A stretch of 64,000 nucleotides of DNA from an uncultured Holophagae bacterium (GCA_963718055.1 CAVQXZ010000005.1:590055-654054); one strand, 5' to 3'; positions 22,308-33,447 are shown, counted from the first letter of the stretch. Numbers and translations are program-made. The notes: a model not told the origin generated them from the letters alone.

Positions 22308-25300
22308 CTACTCGATCGAAATGCCCATCAGCTCGACCGGAATCACCACCTCCATCGTCACCGGCACCTCGACCAACGGCTCGTCAGGATCGTTACTCAG
22401 CACGCACAACAGCGCGTTGTACGTCCCAACCCCGACCACCGTCGCGTCAAACGTCACGTCCACCGGAGTCGACGCGCCGCCAGGCCGTCGTCCCCGCATC
22501 CGGGCTCACGCTCAACCACGGGATGTCCTCCGGCATCATGCACTGCGACGCCGCGCCGTCAATGATGAACGGCAGGTCCTGCGGATAGCTCACGTCGAGG
22601 AGGGCTGCCCACCCCGTACTGGTGTACTGCAAGGCGTTGGCACCGGGCTTGCCCGTCTGTCCCAGGATCGTCACCGGAGGCGCCCACGGCCCCGACGCCA
22701 ACGTCCCGTTGAACTGCCAGTCCAGCCAGTAGGTCCCGGGCGGCAGCACCGTCCCCACCGTCCCCACCACTGCCATGATCGGCCGGTCGGCGTTCGTCAA
22801 GGTACCTTCCAGCACCCGGTAGTCGTTCGACCAGATCGTGCTGGTCATGATGTTCGTGGTGGTGTCACCCCAGACCACGGTACCGCCGGCGTTCGGCGGC
22901 CCGTTCCAGATCTGCAGGTTCAGGCCGGTGATCGTCGATGTGGTCCCGGAACCGGTCTGGTATGTGAAGAACGTGATTGTGTCGATCTGCCAACCGCCGG
23001 CATAGCTGACCACAAAGTCGTCCGCCACCCGGTTCCCGGCCGACAGCTGCGCACCAAACCCGTAGATGGTCAGACCGAGCGACACGTCCTGCAGCGCACT
23101 CGCGTCCGCACCGCCCGCGCCGCCACCGGGATGGGTGACCAGCGGACCGTTGTCGTAGATCACCGCCTCCGGCCCCGCCCACGGCCCACGCTCCGGATAC
23201 CAGGTCGGGGTCTTGCCAGGAGGCACATCCCCTACCCGCTCTTCTGCAACTGAGGCGTCACCAGGCCCCACCGGATCCAAAATCGGCGGGAACGGCCCCA
23301 CCACCTCGGTCGGCGCTCCAGCCTCGTCAATCGTCCAGTCCAAGACCCCACTGCCCGTGTTGCCGATGTTCAGCACCTGCGTGTCCGTCGTCCCCACCAG
23401 CAACGTGCTCGTCAGACTCGCCGGCGTCACGTTGATGTCAGGATCCGAGATGTTCACGGTCGCCGTGTCGGTGTCCGACGCCGTCTGCGCGCACCGTCGG
23501 CGTGTACCGCACCGCCTCAGGCGTCGGAATCGCCGCCGGTCCCGTAGTAGTACTGCAGCCCGACCGTCCCGTCCTGGTTCTCGATCCCCGCCCGAATGGT
23601 TGCTCGCCATCGCCGACGGCGCCGCCTGATAGTGCACCTCGATCGACGTTCGTGCCCTCGAACAGCTTGTACTGCAGCGTCACCGGGTTGCCGCTCGAGT
23701 AGTGCGGCACGTTCGTCACCTGGAAGATCAGCCGCCGGTTCGGCGCGCTGCCCAGCACCTGGTAGTGATGCGTGCCGCCGCCGGAGGGGTTCATGTCGTC
23801 CCACCAACCGGCAATGACACCGTTTGGTGTCGACGCGTTCGGCAGGTTCTGACCGGAGCAGCAGCCGTTGCTGGTCGCCGGTCGTCGTCCAGGAAGCCGT
23901 TTGACGACACCCAGAAGTCGGTGTACGCCGTCCCGTAGAAGTCGAAGCTGAACCCGATCGGGAAGGTCGCCTCGAGTCGTCCGTCAGCGCGACCGGCGTG
24001 CCGGTCCCCGAGATGTCCTCGAAGTTGTACGTGATCGTGTCGTCCACAGTGTACCCGCCGATCGCGATCGCCGCCGTCCATGTCGCCAGTGTTCACCACC
24101 GGCGCCGTGATCGTCTCAGGCACGATCACCTGTGGGCTGAACGCCCCTGGCGCCAACGTGTACGGCAGGTCGTTCAGAAGCGTCCCCAGTTGATCGTCCA
24201 CCAGATCGTGGAAGTTGAAGCGTCACGTCTCCGGTGTTCTCAACCTGGTAGCAGTAGTACACCTCGGTGCCCGTCGCCACCGTGATGGTGTCGGTCGTGG
24301 CGCATACCCCTGCCACCGTACCAACCGTCTTCGTCAGCTCGATCGACGGACTCGCCCCGCCGACGTTCACAGTCGCCGTGTCCGTCGCCTGAGTCGGGGC
24401 GCCGGCGGCATCGTGTGCCGTCCAGGTGCCGGTGTTGGTCGTGGTGGTGTTGATCACCGCCGAGATGCTCAGGCCGGCCTGCACCGTGTTGACAGTGGCA
24501 CCGGGCGCGAGCGCGTAGTTGAGCCCGGTGAAGATCGTCCCGAGCTGGTTGTCTGACAGGTCGTGCGTCGTGAAGGTCACGTCGCCGGTGTTCGTCACCT
24601 CGTAGCAGTAGTAGACCGTCGTGCCGGCTGCGACCGTGATCGTGCTGGTCGTCGCACACACGCCCGGCGTCGTTCCGACTGTCTTGTTCAAGCTGATCGC
24701 CGGGTTTGTTCCCGCCGCGACGTTCAACTCGACTGGCACGACCACCAGGTCGGTGCCGTTGCCCGGGCCCGGATCCGGATCGTTGCTCGTCACGCACAGG
24801 TTCGCGTTGTAGGTGCCGAGCGGCAGGCCGGCCGAGTCAAAGCTCACCTGGACCGGCGTCGAGGCGCCGCCCGCGGTCGTGCCGTTCGACGGCGCAGTGC
24901 TGAGCCACGGCACATCACTCGGCAGGTCGCAGACGTCCGGGATCGCCGGGGCTACCAGGCTGAAGTCGTCGTAGTAGATCACCGACGCATTGTTGGCGAA
25001 CAGGTCGACGGCGCCGATGTTGAGCGCGCCGCCGCCGCTCACCTCGGCCGTCCACGTACCCGAGTAGAGCAGGCTGCTGTTGTAGTAGAAGGCCTGGGTG
25101 TCGGCTGTGAGGTTGATCTCGAACCGAAGCTCGACCCACTGGCCCTTCACCAGCGGCAGCGTGCCGCCGGAGAATCCGGTATTCGTCACCAGGTTGGTGG
25201 CGGCGTTGAACGAGACCTGGACCGACCAGTTCAGGTTCGTGCCGGGATCGTCGTACGAGTTGAGCAGGATGAAGTAGGACTCGCCGGTGAAGTCGGTCGG

Positions 25301-26380
25301 CACGTACTGCCAGGCCGTGTAGGTCCACTGGCCGGCCGTGTAGCCCGCGTACTCGTGCACCAGGTCGCTGGCGCCGAGGATGGCGGCCGAGTTGGGAGCG
25401 CTGTGGGACTGCACGTTGCTGGTCAGCGCACCGGCGGCTGCGATGTTCCCCCAGCCCTTCCAGCCACCCTGTCCGTGGAGCTGGCTGCCGGTCGCGTAGC
25501 CGTCGAAGTTGTCGAACCAGTCGACGAACTCCGGCCCGCCTTCTTCCAAGATCGCCCACGTGAGTGCCTGGTCGCCGGTGTTGCCGATGGTCAGCGGCTG
25601 CTGGGTGACCACGTTCTGCGCCTGCGTGCTGCTGAGGCTGAGCGGGGTCACGTTGATGTTCTGCGGCCCCCCGCCAGCGGTCGTGGTGACGGAGACGTCG
25701 TCGAGGTACCAGCCCGAGTAGTTGACGACCGTGGACGCCATCATGTGGAACTCGATGGTGACCACACCGCCGACGTAGGGCGTCAGGTCAACTGTCTGCT
25801 GGACCCAGGCCGTCGGCGCGGTGTAGCTGCTCTCGCAGTGCGGGAACACCCGGGTGCCGTTGGCGTAGACCTCGGCCCAGTCCCAGTTGCTGAAGAGGTC
25901 GTACCACTCCCACCAGGACAGCGTCGCGTCCGGCAATCCCGTGAGGTCCACGGTCAGGGTGAGGATGCTGTCGTCGGCGGGGTTGGTGTTGGTGCAGGTC
26001 GCGTAGCCGGTGTTGTTGCCGCGGTTGTTGTAGCAGTCGTTCAGCACCGTGCCCCACATGTGGGTGCCGGAGTAGGCCCCGGCTGGCTCGGTCCCCCCGC
26101 CGCAGTTAGCCCCGACCCACGCGTAGACCCCCCACTCCCAGTCAAGCGTACCCACCAGGCCGCCGTTGCTCGCCTCGAAGTCGGAGAAGAAGACGATCGC
26201 CTCCGGCGCGCCGGCCGGCGCCTCCGCCGCCTTCGTCGCGTACACCGGGGATGCCTCCCAGGCCGCGGCGGCCGCGAGCTCGGCGGCGACCTCGTCCTGC
26301 GGGACCGCTGCCACCGCCCCAGCCGCGATCAGCAGCGCCCCGACGAGAGAAAACCCGCGATTCAACCAGTGACCTCTCAT
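22308..26380 (-). CDS. Giant secreted modular protein E, C-terminus [12 protein letters not shown]; frameshifted
   Basis: ATG at 26380 with GGAGG RBS and signal peptide MRGHWLNRGFSLVGALLIAAGAVAA. ORFs 24116-26632, 23791-24201, 23438-23794, 22447-23637 and 22308-22499 tile one protein. Confidence 0.85.
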
Positions 26381-26510
26381 GACCTCGTCCTCCCCTCCTG
26401 AAATGCGTCCGCCAGGTGAGGCACCCGCCTCACCGCGTTGGCTTCGATCTGCGTTGTGACACACAACACATCCTACGCCCGCCGGACCCGGGCAATCAAC
26501 CCCCTGCCCG
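26381..26510 (-). promoter_or_regulatory. Promoter and 5' UTR of gene E
   Basis: TTGATT(26499-26494)-N18-TAGGAT(26475-26470); TGTGA-CACACA-ACACA at 26455-26470; copy of 21695-21820. Confidence 0.6.
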
Positions 26511-26573
26511 CAAGCGCCCCGGCGGGCCGGGCCAGCGCCCTCACCGGCGTTCCCCACCATTGATCGAGCCGCC

Positions 26574-27920
26574 TCAGGGTGGGATGCCAGCCGCCGGCGG
26601 GCCGCTCCCGACCAGGGCGAGCAGCTCGTCAACCTCCCTCGGCAGCCCCACCGTCAGGACCTCCGAGCCATCGTCGGTGATCAGAACCGTGTCCTCGATG
26701 CGGCAATGCAGCTCCTTGTCATCGATCACGATCATCGGCTCGACCGCGATCACCATGCCCGGCGCGAACGGCGCCGCCTCGTCCCCGACGTCGTGGACCG
26801 CCATGCCGACGAAGTGGCCGGCGCCGCCTGCCCGTTGGTCAGCAAAGCCCCACTTCTCCAGGATCGCCTTCTCGACCTCCACGGTGTCCTTGCGCGTGGC
26901 GCCCGGACGCATGGCGGCGATGATCGCCTTCTCGACCTCGAGCACGCAGCGGTAGGCCCGCAGCTCGAGCTCGCTGAACTCGCCGTCGACCGGCCAGGTG
27001 CGCGTGACGTCGATGGTCAGGTGGCCCATGTCGGCGCCGAAGTCCATGACCACGAGGTCGTCCGCCTCGAGCTGGCGGCTGTTGGCCGCGTAGTGCCAGG
27101 TCAGCAGGTTCGGACCGGAGGCGACGATGGCCGGAAAGGCCACCCCGTCGGCGCCGTTCCAGTCGTACCAGGCCCGGGCGGCCGCCTCGAGGCTGTACTC
27201 GTAGAGCCCGGGCCGGGTCGCCGCGATGGCGCGGCGGATGCCCTCGGCGCTGACGCGCCCGTTCCGCCGGAGGACCTCAATCTCGCGCGACGTCTTGATC
27301 ATGCGCTGCCGGTCGATCGCTGGCGTCACGTCGATCAGCTCGAAGTCCGGGAAGCGAGCGCGCAGCGTCGACACTCTCCACGCGTTGTCCGACGGCTGGC
27401 CGCCGAACCCGGTGGTGAAACGCAGCGCCAGGTAGACGCCGATGTCGAAGCGGCCGTTGTCCACGGTGTCCGGCTCCGCCAACCGCACCCACAGCTTCAC
27501 CGGCCCGTCGTAGCGCTGGCCCGCGAGGGACTCCTCGAGCAGGGTCAGCGGGCGGATCGCGGCGAACCCGAGGCTCGCCGTGTCGATCTTCCTGGTCAGC
27601 AGGTTCGCCCCGTCGGCGCGCACCTCCTGCTCCCCCTGCTGCGGCAGGAAGAGCGTCGCGGCGCAGCCCTCGACGCTCAGGAGCAACGCCGCATGGAGGT
27701 CTTCGACTCCGGCGTAGTAGAAGAAGTCATTGTCCTGGCGCGGCCGCACGCCGGCCGGCGGCATGCTGTTGCCGAACAGCAGCACGGTGCCCGTGTCGAG
27801 GGCGTCGCACAGCGCTGCTCGCCTGGCTGCAAACTCCTCCGGCGGATAGGTCACGCGCTGCGCGGCAACCGGCAGCGCCGCGAGCAGGACCACGGCAACG
27901 GCGACCACGGGCTTCCACAT
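26574..27920 (-). CDS. Secreted Xaa-Pro aminopeptidase (M24B family)
   Basis: Signal peptide MWKPVVAVAVVLLAALPVAAQ; motifs RQDNDFFY, DFGA...DVTRTWP, GHFVGMAVHDVG, AVEP, RIEDTVLIT. Confidence 0.9.
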   Translation of the reverse strand: MWKPVVAVAVVLLAALPVAAQRVTYPPEEFAARRAALCDALDTGTVLLFGNSMPPAGVRPRQDNDFFYYAGVEDLHAALLLSVEGCAATLFLPQQGEQEVRADGANLLTRKIDTASLGFAAIRPLTLLEESLAGQRYDGPVKLWVRLAEPDTVDNGRFDIGVYLALRFTTGFGGQPSDNAWRVSTLRARFPDFELIDVTPAIDRQRMIKTSREIEVLRRNGRVSAEGIRRAIAATRPGLYEYSLEAAARAWYDWNGADGVAFPAIVASGPNLLTWHYAANSRQLEADDLVVMDFGADMGHLTIDVTRTWPVDGEFSELELRAYRCVLEVEKAIIAAMRPGATRKDTVEVEKAILEKWGFADQRAGGAGHFVGMAVHDVGDEAAPFAPGMVIAVEPMIVIDDKELHCRIEDTVLITDDGSEVLTVGLPREVDELLALVGSGPPAAGIPP

Positions 27921-28066
27921 CGAAGAACCTCCTCCTTCGCGTCGGGGATCGTCCGGTGACGCCGTCGGCTTGACCCACCGGCCGTCTCGGGCCACGACCG
28001 GGGCGCGGCCGGCGCGAGTGAACGCCGGCCGACCGGGCCGACGGGTGATCGTCGCCGCGACGCTCC

Positions 28067-29288
28067 TCACGGCACAGTCGCCGACCACGCGGTGGTGTCG
28101 CCCGACTCGAAGCCGTCGGCGAACAGCCCGCCCTCCTGGCGCCACACCTCGCAGCCTTCACCCTGGTTGACGGTGCCGGCGTAGAGGCTGAAGTTGAACG
28201 ACGCGAGCGACCCTATCAACAGATTGCCCGGGTCGCCGAAACCGTCGTCCGTCTCGACCAGCCAGCTCATCGGGCCGAGGTAGCGGAAGACCTTGGCGCC
28301 CGAGCTCTGGTGATCCACCCCCACGTACAGCTCGCCCTGGTGCTCGGCGAGGCGGACCGCGGTGGTCGACTGGGGCGACCCGAAGCCGGGGACGTTGACC
28401 AGGATCCACGTCCCCCCGTCCCAGCGCCAGATCTCGCAGCCGTTGCCGAGCACGAAGTTGAGCTGGCTGGTGCCGGCGAACAGGTACCCGTCGAACGGCT
28501 CCAGCGCCGCCACGGCCACGTTGTAGGGGTCGCCGAAGCCGGGCGCGGCGGCGCCGTACCAGGTCGACGAAGTCCTCGGTCCACCACAGCTCGCCGGGCT
28601 GGTTGTAGAGCGTCGACTCCTTGAATGTCCCGGCGTAGAACCTGGAGCCGAAGCCGGCCAGCGAGACGACGGCGCGGTTGGCGGCGTTGCCGAAGCCGCC
28701 GATCATGGTGGGGATCCACGACGTGCCGTCGGGCGAGCGATAGATGCCGCCGCCGATCGCCTGGTTCTCGGTTCCGGCGTACAGCTCACCCTCGAAGACC
28801 TCGAGCACGGCCACCGCCGTGGTGCCGGCGCCGCCGAAGCCATCGTCGTTCACTTGCTCCCACACCACGCCGTCGGCCGTCCGCCAGACCTCGGCCCCGG
28901 TGGAGGAGTTCGCAGTCCCGGCATAGAGGAAGCCGTCGAACACGGCCATCGCGGCGACACCCTGGTTCGCGGCATCGCCGAAGCCGTCGTCGGTGACGAC
29001 ATCCCAGGTCGTGCCGTCCGCGCTCGACCGCATCACGAACGGTGTCCCGGCGTCGCCGCCGGCCGCCACGAACAGCCGGCCGTTGAAGACAGCCATCGCG
29101 GTCGCCCCCTGGTTCGCGGCGTCGCCGAAGCCGTTGCCGACCGCCGCGCCGCCGCCGACCACCGGCTCCCAGTCGGCCTGAGCCGCGGCAGGAAGCGCCG
29201 CGCCGAGCGCGGCGACCAACCCCACCACCAGCCCAGCCCATACCCGGACACGCAGCGAACGCCCGCCAACGAACCACTGGTGCGCCAT
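28067..29288 (-). CDS. Secreted beta-propeller-like repeat protein with C-terminal FADGFESGDTTAWSATVP tail; one frameshift
   Basis: Repeats of GFGDAANQG...MAVFxGxLYAGT...GAEVWR across ORFs 28158-29318 and 28067-28519. Confidence 0.8.
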
Positions 29289-29391
29289 GGTGCGCCCCCT
29301 TCCCGCAGGTGGCCTCACGGTTGATTGTTAATGTGGGGCCGGCCGGCCGGGGTGTCAACTCGATCGACCGGGGACCGGGTACCCTGGTGAC

Positions 29392-29754
29392 ATGACGAAA
29401 CGACGGGACGCACGGACACCGCCCACCGTGTACTCGACCGGCGCCGGCCGCGTGTGCCCGCGCTGCGGCTGGCCGGCAAACGACTGCCGCTGCTCGTCCC
29501 AGCTCGAGGAGGCTGTGCCGGCGCGGATCGTGGCCAGGCTGCGGATCGAACGCGCCGGCCGGCGCGGCAAGACGGTCACCGTGGTCGAAGGGCTGCCTCG
29601 CAACGTCGCCTTCCTCAAGACCCTGGCGGCCGAGCTCAAGCGGGCGTGCGGCAGCGGCGGCACGGCCATCGAGGACCGGATCGAGCTCCAGGGCGACCAC
29701 CTGGAGACGCTGCGGTCCCTCCTCGCGGGGCGGGGCTGGGTCGTCAAGGGTTAG
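29392..29754 (+). CDS. yciH: Translation initiation factor SUI1/YciH family
   Basis: Motifs GRRGKTVTVVEGL, LKRACGSGGT, IELQGDH. Confidence 0.9.
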   Translation: MTKRRDARTPPTVYSTGAGRVCPRCGWPANDCRCSSQLEEAVPARIVARLRIERAGRRGKTVTVVEGLPRNVAFLKTLAAELKRACGSGGTAIEDRIELQGDHLETLRSLLAGRGWVVKG

Positions 29755-30058
29755 GAGCGTGTAGGGCATAGGCCCCTGGATGCGTTCGTGACGTGGTCGC
29801 TCTTGTTGGCCTCTGCCCACACGCTCCTCGGGATGCGCTGCGCGCATCCTGACGCAGAAACTGGCTGTGCAGAAGCCTCCTCAAGGAGGAGTTCGGACCG
29901 CAGTGGCCGTGCCCCCACAAACTCGGCCCACCGCGCACGATCGGTGGGCCAATGCGGTGCGAACTCCCGGCGGCATGCGAAAATGGTCTCGCCCCGCGAG
30001 GCCGCACCGGGCATGAGCCTCGGAGCGCTCGGCACGAGGCATGGAGGCAAGAGCACCT

Positions 30059-30415
30059 ATGAAATCCCTGCTGATCCTGGCCCTGATGGTCGTGATCGGA
30101 CTGTTCGCGTTCAACTACCTGACGACCGGCGAGCTCAAGCTGCTGCCCGGTAGCTCGATGGGCGGTTCCGAGCAGGAGCTCAACCGCCTCCAGGGCGAGT
30201 TCCGCAATGCCGCCCGCGAGTACCGGCAGGCTCAGAAGAGCGTCGCCGTGTCCGGAGTGGATGCCACCGATGCGGCTTCGTCGGCGCTCGCCGAGGTCGA
30301 CCGCATCGAGGACGAGGTCCGCCAGTTCGCCAAGAAGGCCTCGACGCCGGAGCTCAAGGCCGCCGCCAACAAGCTGCTCAAGGAGATCGCGCAGTACAAG
30401 CTCGACGTCCAGTAG
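30059..30415 (+). CDS. Small exported or membrane-anchored helical hypothetical protein
   Basis: GGAGG upstream, N-terminal hydrophobic helix, host-like codon usage. Confidence 0.7.
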   Translation: MKSLLILALMVVIGLFAFNYLTTGELKLLPGSSMGGSEQELNRLQGEFRNAAREYRQAQKSVAVSGVDATDAASSALAEVDRIEDEVRQFAKKASTPELKAAANKLLKEIAQYKLDVQ

Positions 30416-30535
30416 GATGCAGGCTGTGAACCCGGCGACGGGAGCGGCGTGTGGCACAGGCTGGCGGGCGGTCTGGGAGGATCCCGGCCATGTGCCACCC
30501 GCTCGTGGCGCCGCGTCGCCGCGGCCGCAGGCCGC

Positions 30536-30647
30536 GAGCAAGCCTGCGCTTCAAAGCAGGCTGGAAGCCTGCGCTACAACGATGCCTGCGCTACAACGAT
30601 GCCTACCCTACAACGCATCTGGCGGGCTGGAAGCCCACCCCACAACG
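30536..30647. repeat. Cluster of GTAG/GTGG-type REP-like palindromes
   Basis: Tandem units GCAGGCTGGAAGCCTGCGCTACAA, GATGCCTGCGCTACAA, GATGCCTACCCTACAA. Confidence 0.75.
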
Positions 30648-30685
30648 CGCGATCCTGGTGTATCCTGAGCGCAGTGCACGCTGAA

Positions 30686-33344
30686 ATGAGAACCACTCGC
30701 GCATCAGCATCGAGGCTCGCGGTTGCCGCGCGGCGATGCATTCCTCGAGGGACGCTCGTCCTGATCGCCGCGGCCGTGGCCCTCCTGGCGTCAGGCCCGG
30801 CCGTCGGCCACGACGTCTACCTCATGAACAGCAACCACACCGACTACAACTGGAACGCGCCCGCGGCCCAGTACGAGGCGGCGATGCTCGCCGACCTCGA
30901 CTACTACCTGCTGCAGATCGCGGCCACCGCGGGCAACCCGCCGGAGGAGCAGTCCCGCTACGTGCCGGACTGCTGGTGGTGGCTGCACCTCTACCACGAG
31001 AACCGCTCGCCCGCCCAGTTCCAGCAGCTGCTCGACGCCATCCGCTCCGGCCACATCACGATCCCGCTCAACCCCTTCGTCACCCTCTACGGCGCCCTGC
31101 CCACCGAGGCGGCGATCCGCGCCGGCTACTATCCCGGCCGCATCGCGCGCGAGTTCGACCTCGGGTTCCCGCTCGCCGAGTACCGCGAGAACGCGACCAT
31201 GCCCTGGGGGCTCGCCAGCATCTGGGGCGGCAGCGACGTCCGCTTCAGCTGGAAGGGAATCTGCAACTGCGTGCAGTCGGCGCCGCTGCGCAACGACGAC
31301 GAGCTGTTCTGGTGGCAGGGCCCGGACGGCAAGGAGCTGCTGGTCAAGTGGTACAACCTGATCGGCGACAACCGGGACTGGGGCGGCTACTCGGAGGCGA
31401 GGCTCAACCTCAACGACCCGGCCAGGATCGACCTCAACATCACGCGCACCCAGACACGGATGCCGGGCGATCCCCTTCACCGGCCTGTTCGACGCGGGCT
31501 GGGACGACGTCGAGCTACCAGACCACCGCCTTCGTCGACAGCGCGCGGGCCTACAACGACCTCGGCACGGGCAACACCGCGATCGTGTCCAACGGCGTCG
31601 ACTTCTTCGAGGCCCTGCTGTCGAGCGGCGTGGCGGACGGGCTCAACACGCTGCGCGGCGGCTGGGGCTCGGACTGGGACATGTGGCCCGCCTCGCTTGC
31701 CGAGCGCACATCGCGCGCCCGCCGCGCCTTCGAGCGGATGCGCACCGCGGAGGCGCTGGCCGTGTGGGCGCAGCGCCACGACCCCAACTTCTGGGCACCG
31801 GTGCGCGCCGACCTCGAGCAGGGGCTGTTCTCCGCCTGGAAGTACTTCGAGCACGGCTGGGGCGTCGCCGGAGGCGGGCCGACCCTCGCGCAGATGCAGG
31901 ACGACAAGGAGGAGTGGGCCTCTGACCTCGAGACCGCGGTGGACCAGGCGATCGGCGCAGCGGACACCGCGCTCGTCAGTGCTGTTCGCGACCCCTGACG
32001 AGGACCGCCTTGCGGTCTTCAACCCGCTCGCGCTTCGCGCGCACCGACGTCGCCGAGGTCGCGGTTGCGGGCCCGGGGCCGTATGTCGTGACCGACCTCG
32101 CGACCGGCCTCGAGGTGCCGAGCCAGGTCGTGCAGCGGGGCGGCGCGCGCTTCCTGCAGCTCATCGCACGCAACGTGCCGTCGCTCGGCTACAAGGTCTA
32201 TCGCCTACGAGCCCGGGACTCCGGCGTCGTTCCCTCCCGCGGCGACCGTGACGCCGGGGACCCGCACCATCGAGAGCAGCGCCTACCGGGTCCGCCTGGG
32301 CGATCGGGGACAGATCGTCGAGGCCGTGCACAAGGTCCCGTCGCCTGACGTCCAGCTCGCCGGAGCGAACGGTCTCAACGACTTCGGCACCGGCGCGATC
32401 CAGTCGGTGGCCGCCGAGAACGTCGGCCCGGTGTCGGCCACGCTCCGCGTCGACGCTCGCCGGCCCCAGCCGGACGCGTGCGCGTCACCCTGCTACGCCG
32501 AGGTCGACCGGATCGAGATCGAGAACGAGATCACGCAGAACGTGTCCGGGTTTCGCACCTACAGCTTCCACGCCAACCTCCCGGGCGCGCAGATCCGCTT
32601 CGAGGAGGTCGGCGCGATCGCGCGCCCTGGTCTGGTCACCGAGGGCGGCGACTTCCTTCCCGGCACGCGCGCGAGCCGGATGACCCTCAACCACTTCGTG
32701 GACTTCGGCTCGGCCCGACTACCACCTCGTGCTGTCGAACTGGGACGCCTACGCCATGAAGCTCAACGACAGCACGCGACGCGAGCTTCGACCTCACCGG
32801 CGACACGGTGCACGTGGTGGTGATGGAGCAGGGCCCCGGCGCTGGAACCTCCGACCAGGGCGGCGACAGCTTCTTCCTCAACCGGTTCGCCCTGCGCGGT
32901 GTCGCGGGCGCGTTCGACGCTGCCGAGGCGATGCGGACCGCGCTCGCCCACCAGAACCCCCTCCACGTGCATCCCCCTGCCGCGCAACCAGGACGGTCCG
33001 TTCGCGCGCCCTCGGCCGGCCTCCTCACGGTCGACGCCGACAACGTCGTGGTCACCGCCTTCAAGCCCGCCGAGGACCCGTGGAGGGGCTACTTCGTCCG
33101 GCTGTGGGAGCTCGGGGGCGCGCCCGCCGTGGTCGAGATCGACGGCTCGGCGATGGGGGTCCTCAAGGCCTGGCGGAGCTCGCTGATCGAGACCGACACC
33201 GGCGTGGCCCCGACCGCCGGCGGCGTCGTTCAGGCCACGGTCGACGCGAACGAGATCCAGACCTTCCGGCTCGGCGACTACCTGGTCTTCCGATCCAACC
33301 TGGATCACGGCGACCTCACCGAGTGGTCCTCCTTCGTCGAATAG
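30686..33344 (+). CDS. Secreted glycoside hydrolase family 38-like protein; several frameshifts
   Basis: Signal peptide then HDVYLMNSNHTDYNW (GH38 HxDxxW). Further motifs LFWWQGPDG, VFNPL, VPSLGYKVY, VVTAFKPAED, VRLWE. Confidence 0.75.
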
Positions 33345-33391
33345 AACGAACCCCCTCCAGCCAATCTCCGTAACTTTCCCCGGGTAGGGGC

Positions 33392-33447
33392 TTGACAAAA
33401 TCGATTTCGGGGCTAAATTTCTAGCATGATGCTAATTTTCTAGCATC
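33392..33447 (+). promoter_or_regulatory. blaI promoter with two palindromic operators
   Basis: TTGACA at 33392-33397 and TAAATT at 33414-33419. GCTAAATTTCTAGC (33412-33425) and GATGCTAATTTTCTAGCATC (33428-33447). Confidence 0.8.

Noticed and set aside
260-26401. Long plus-strand ORFs over the array (e.g. 14388-16142, 24563-26401, 5014-6288)
   Set aside because: Antisense shadows of high-GC genes; no RBS, motifs or plausible composition.
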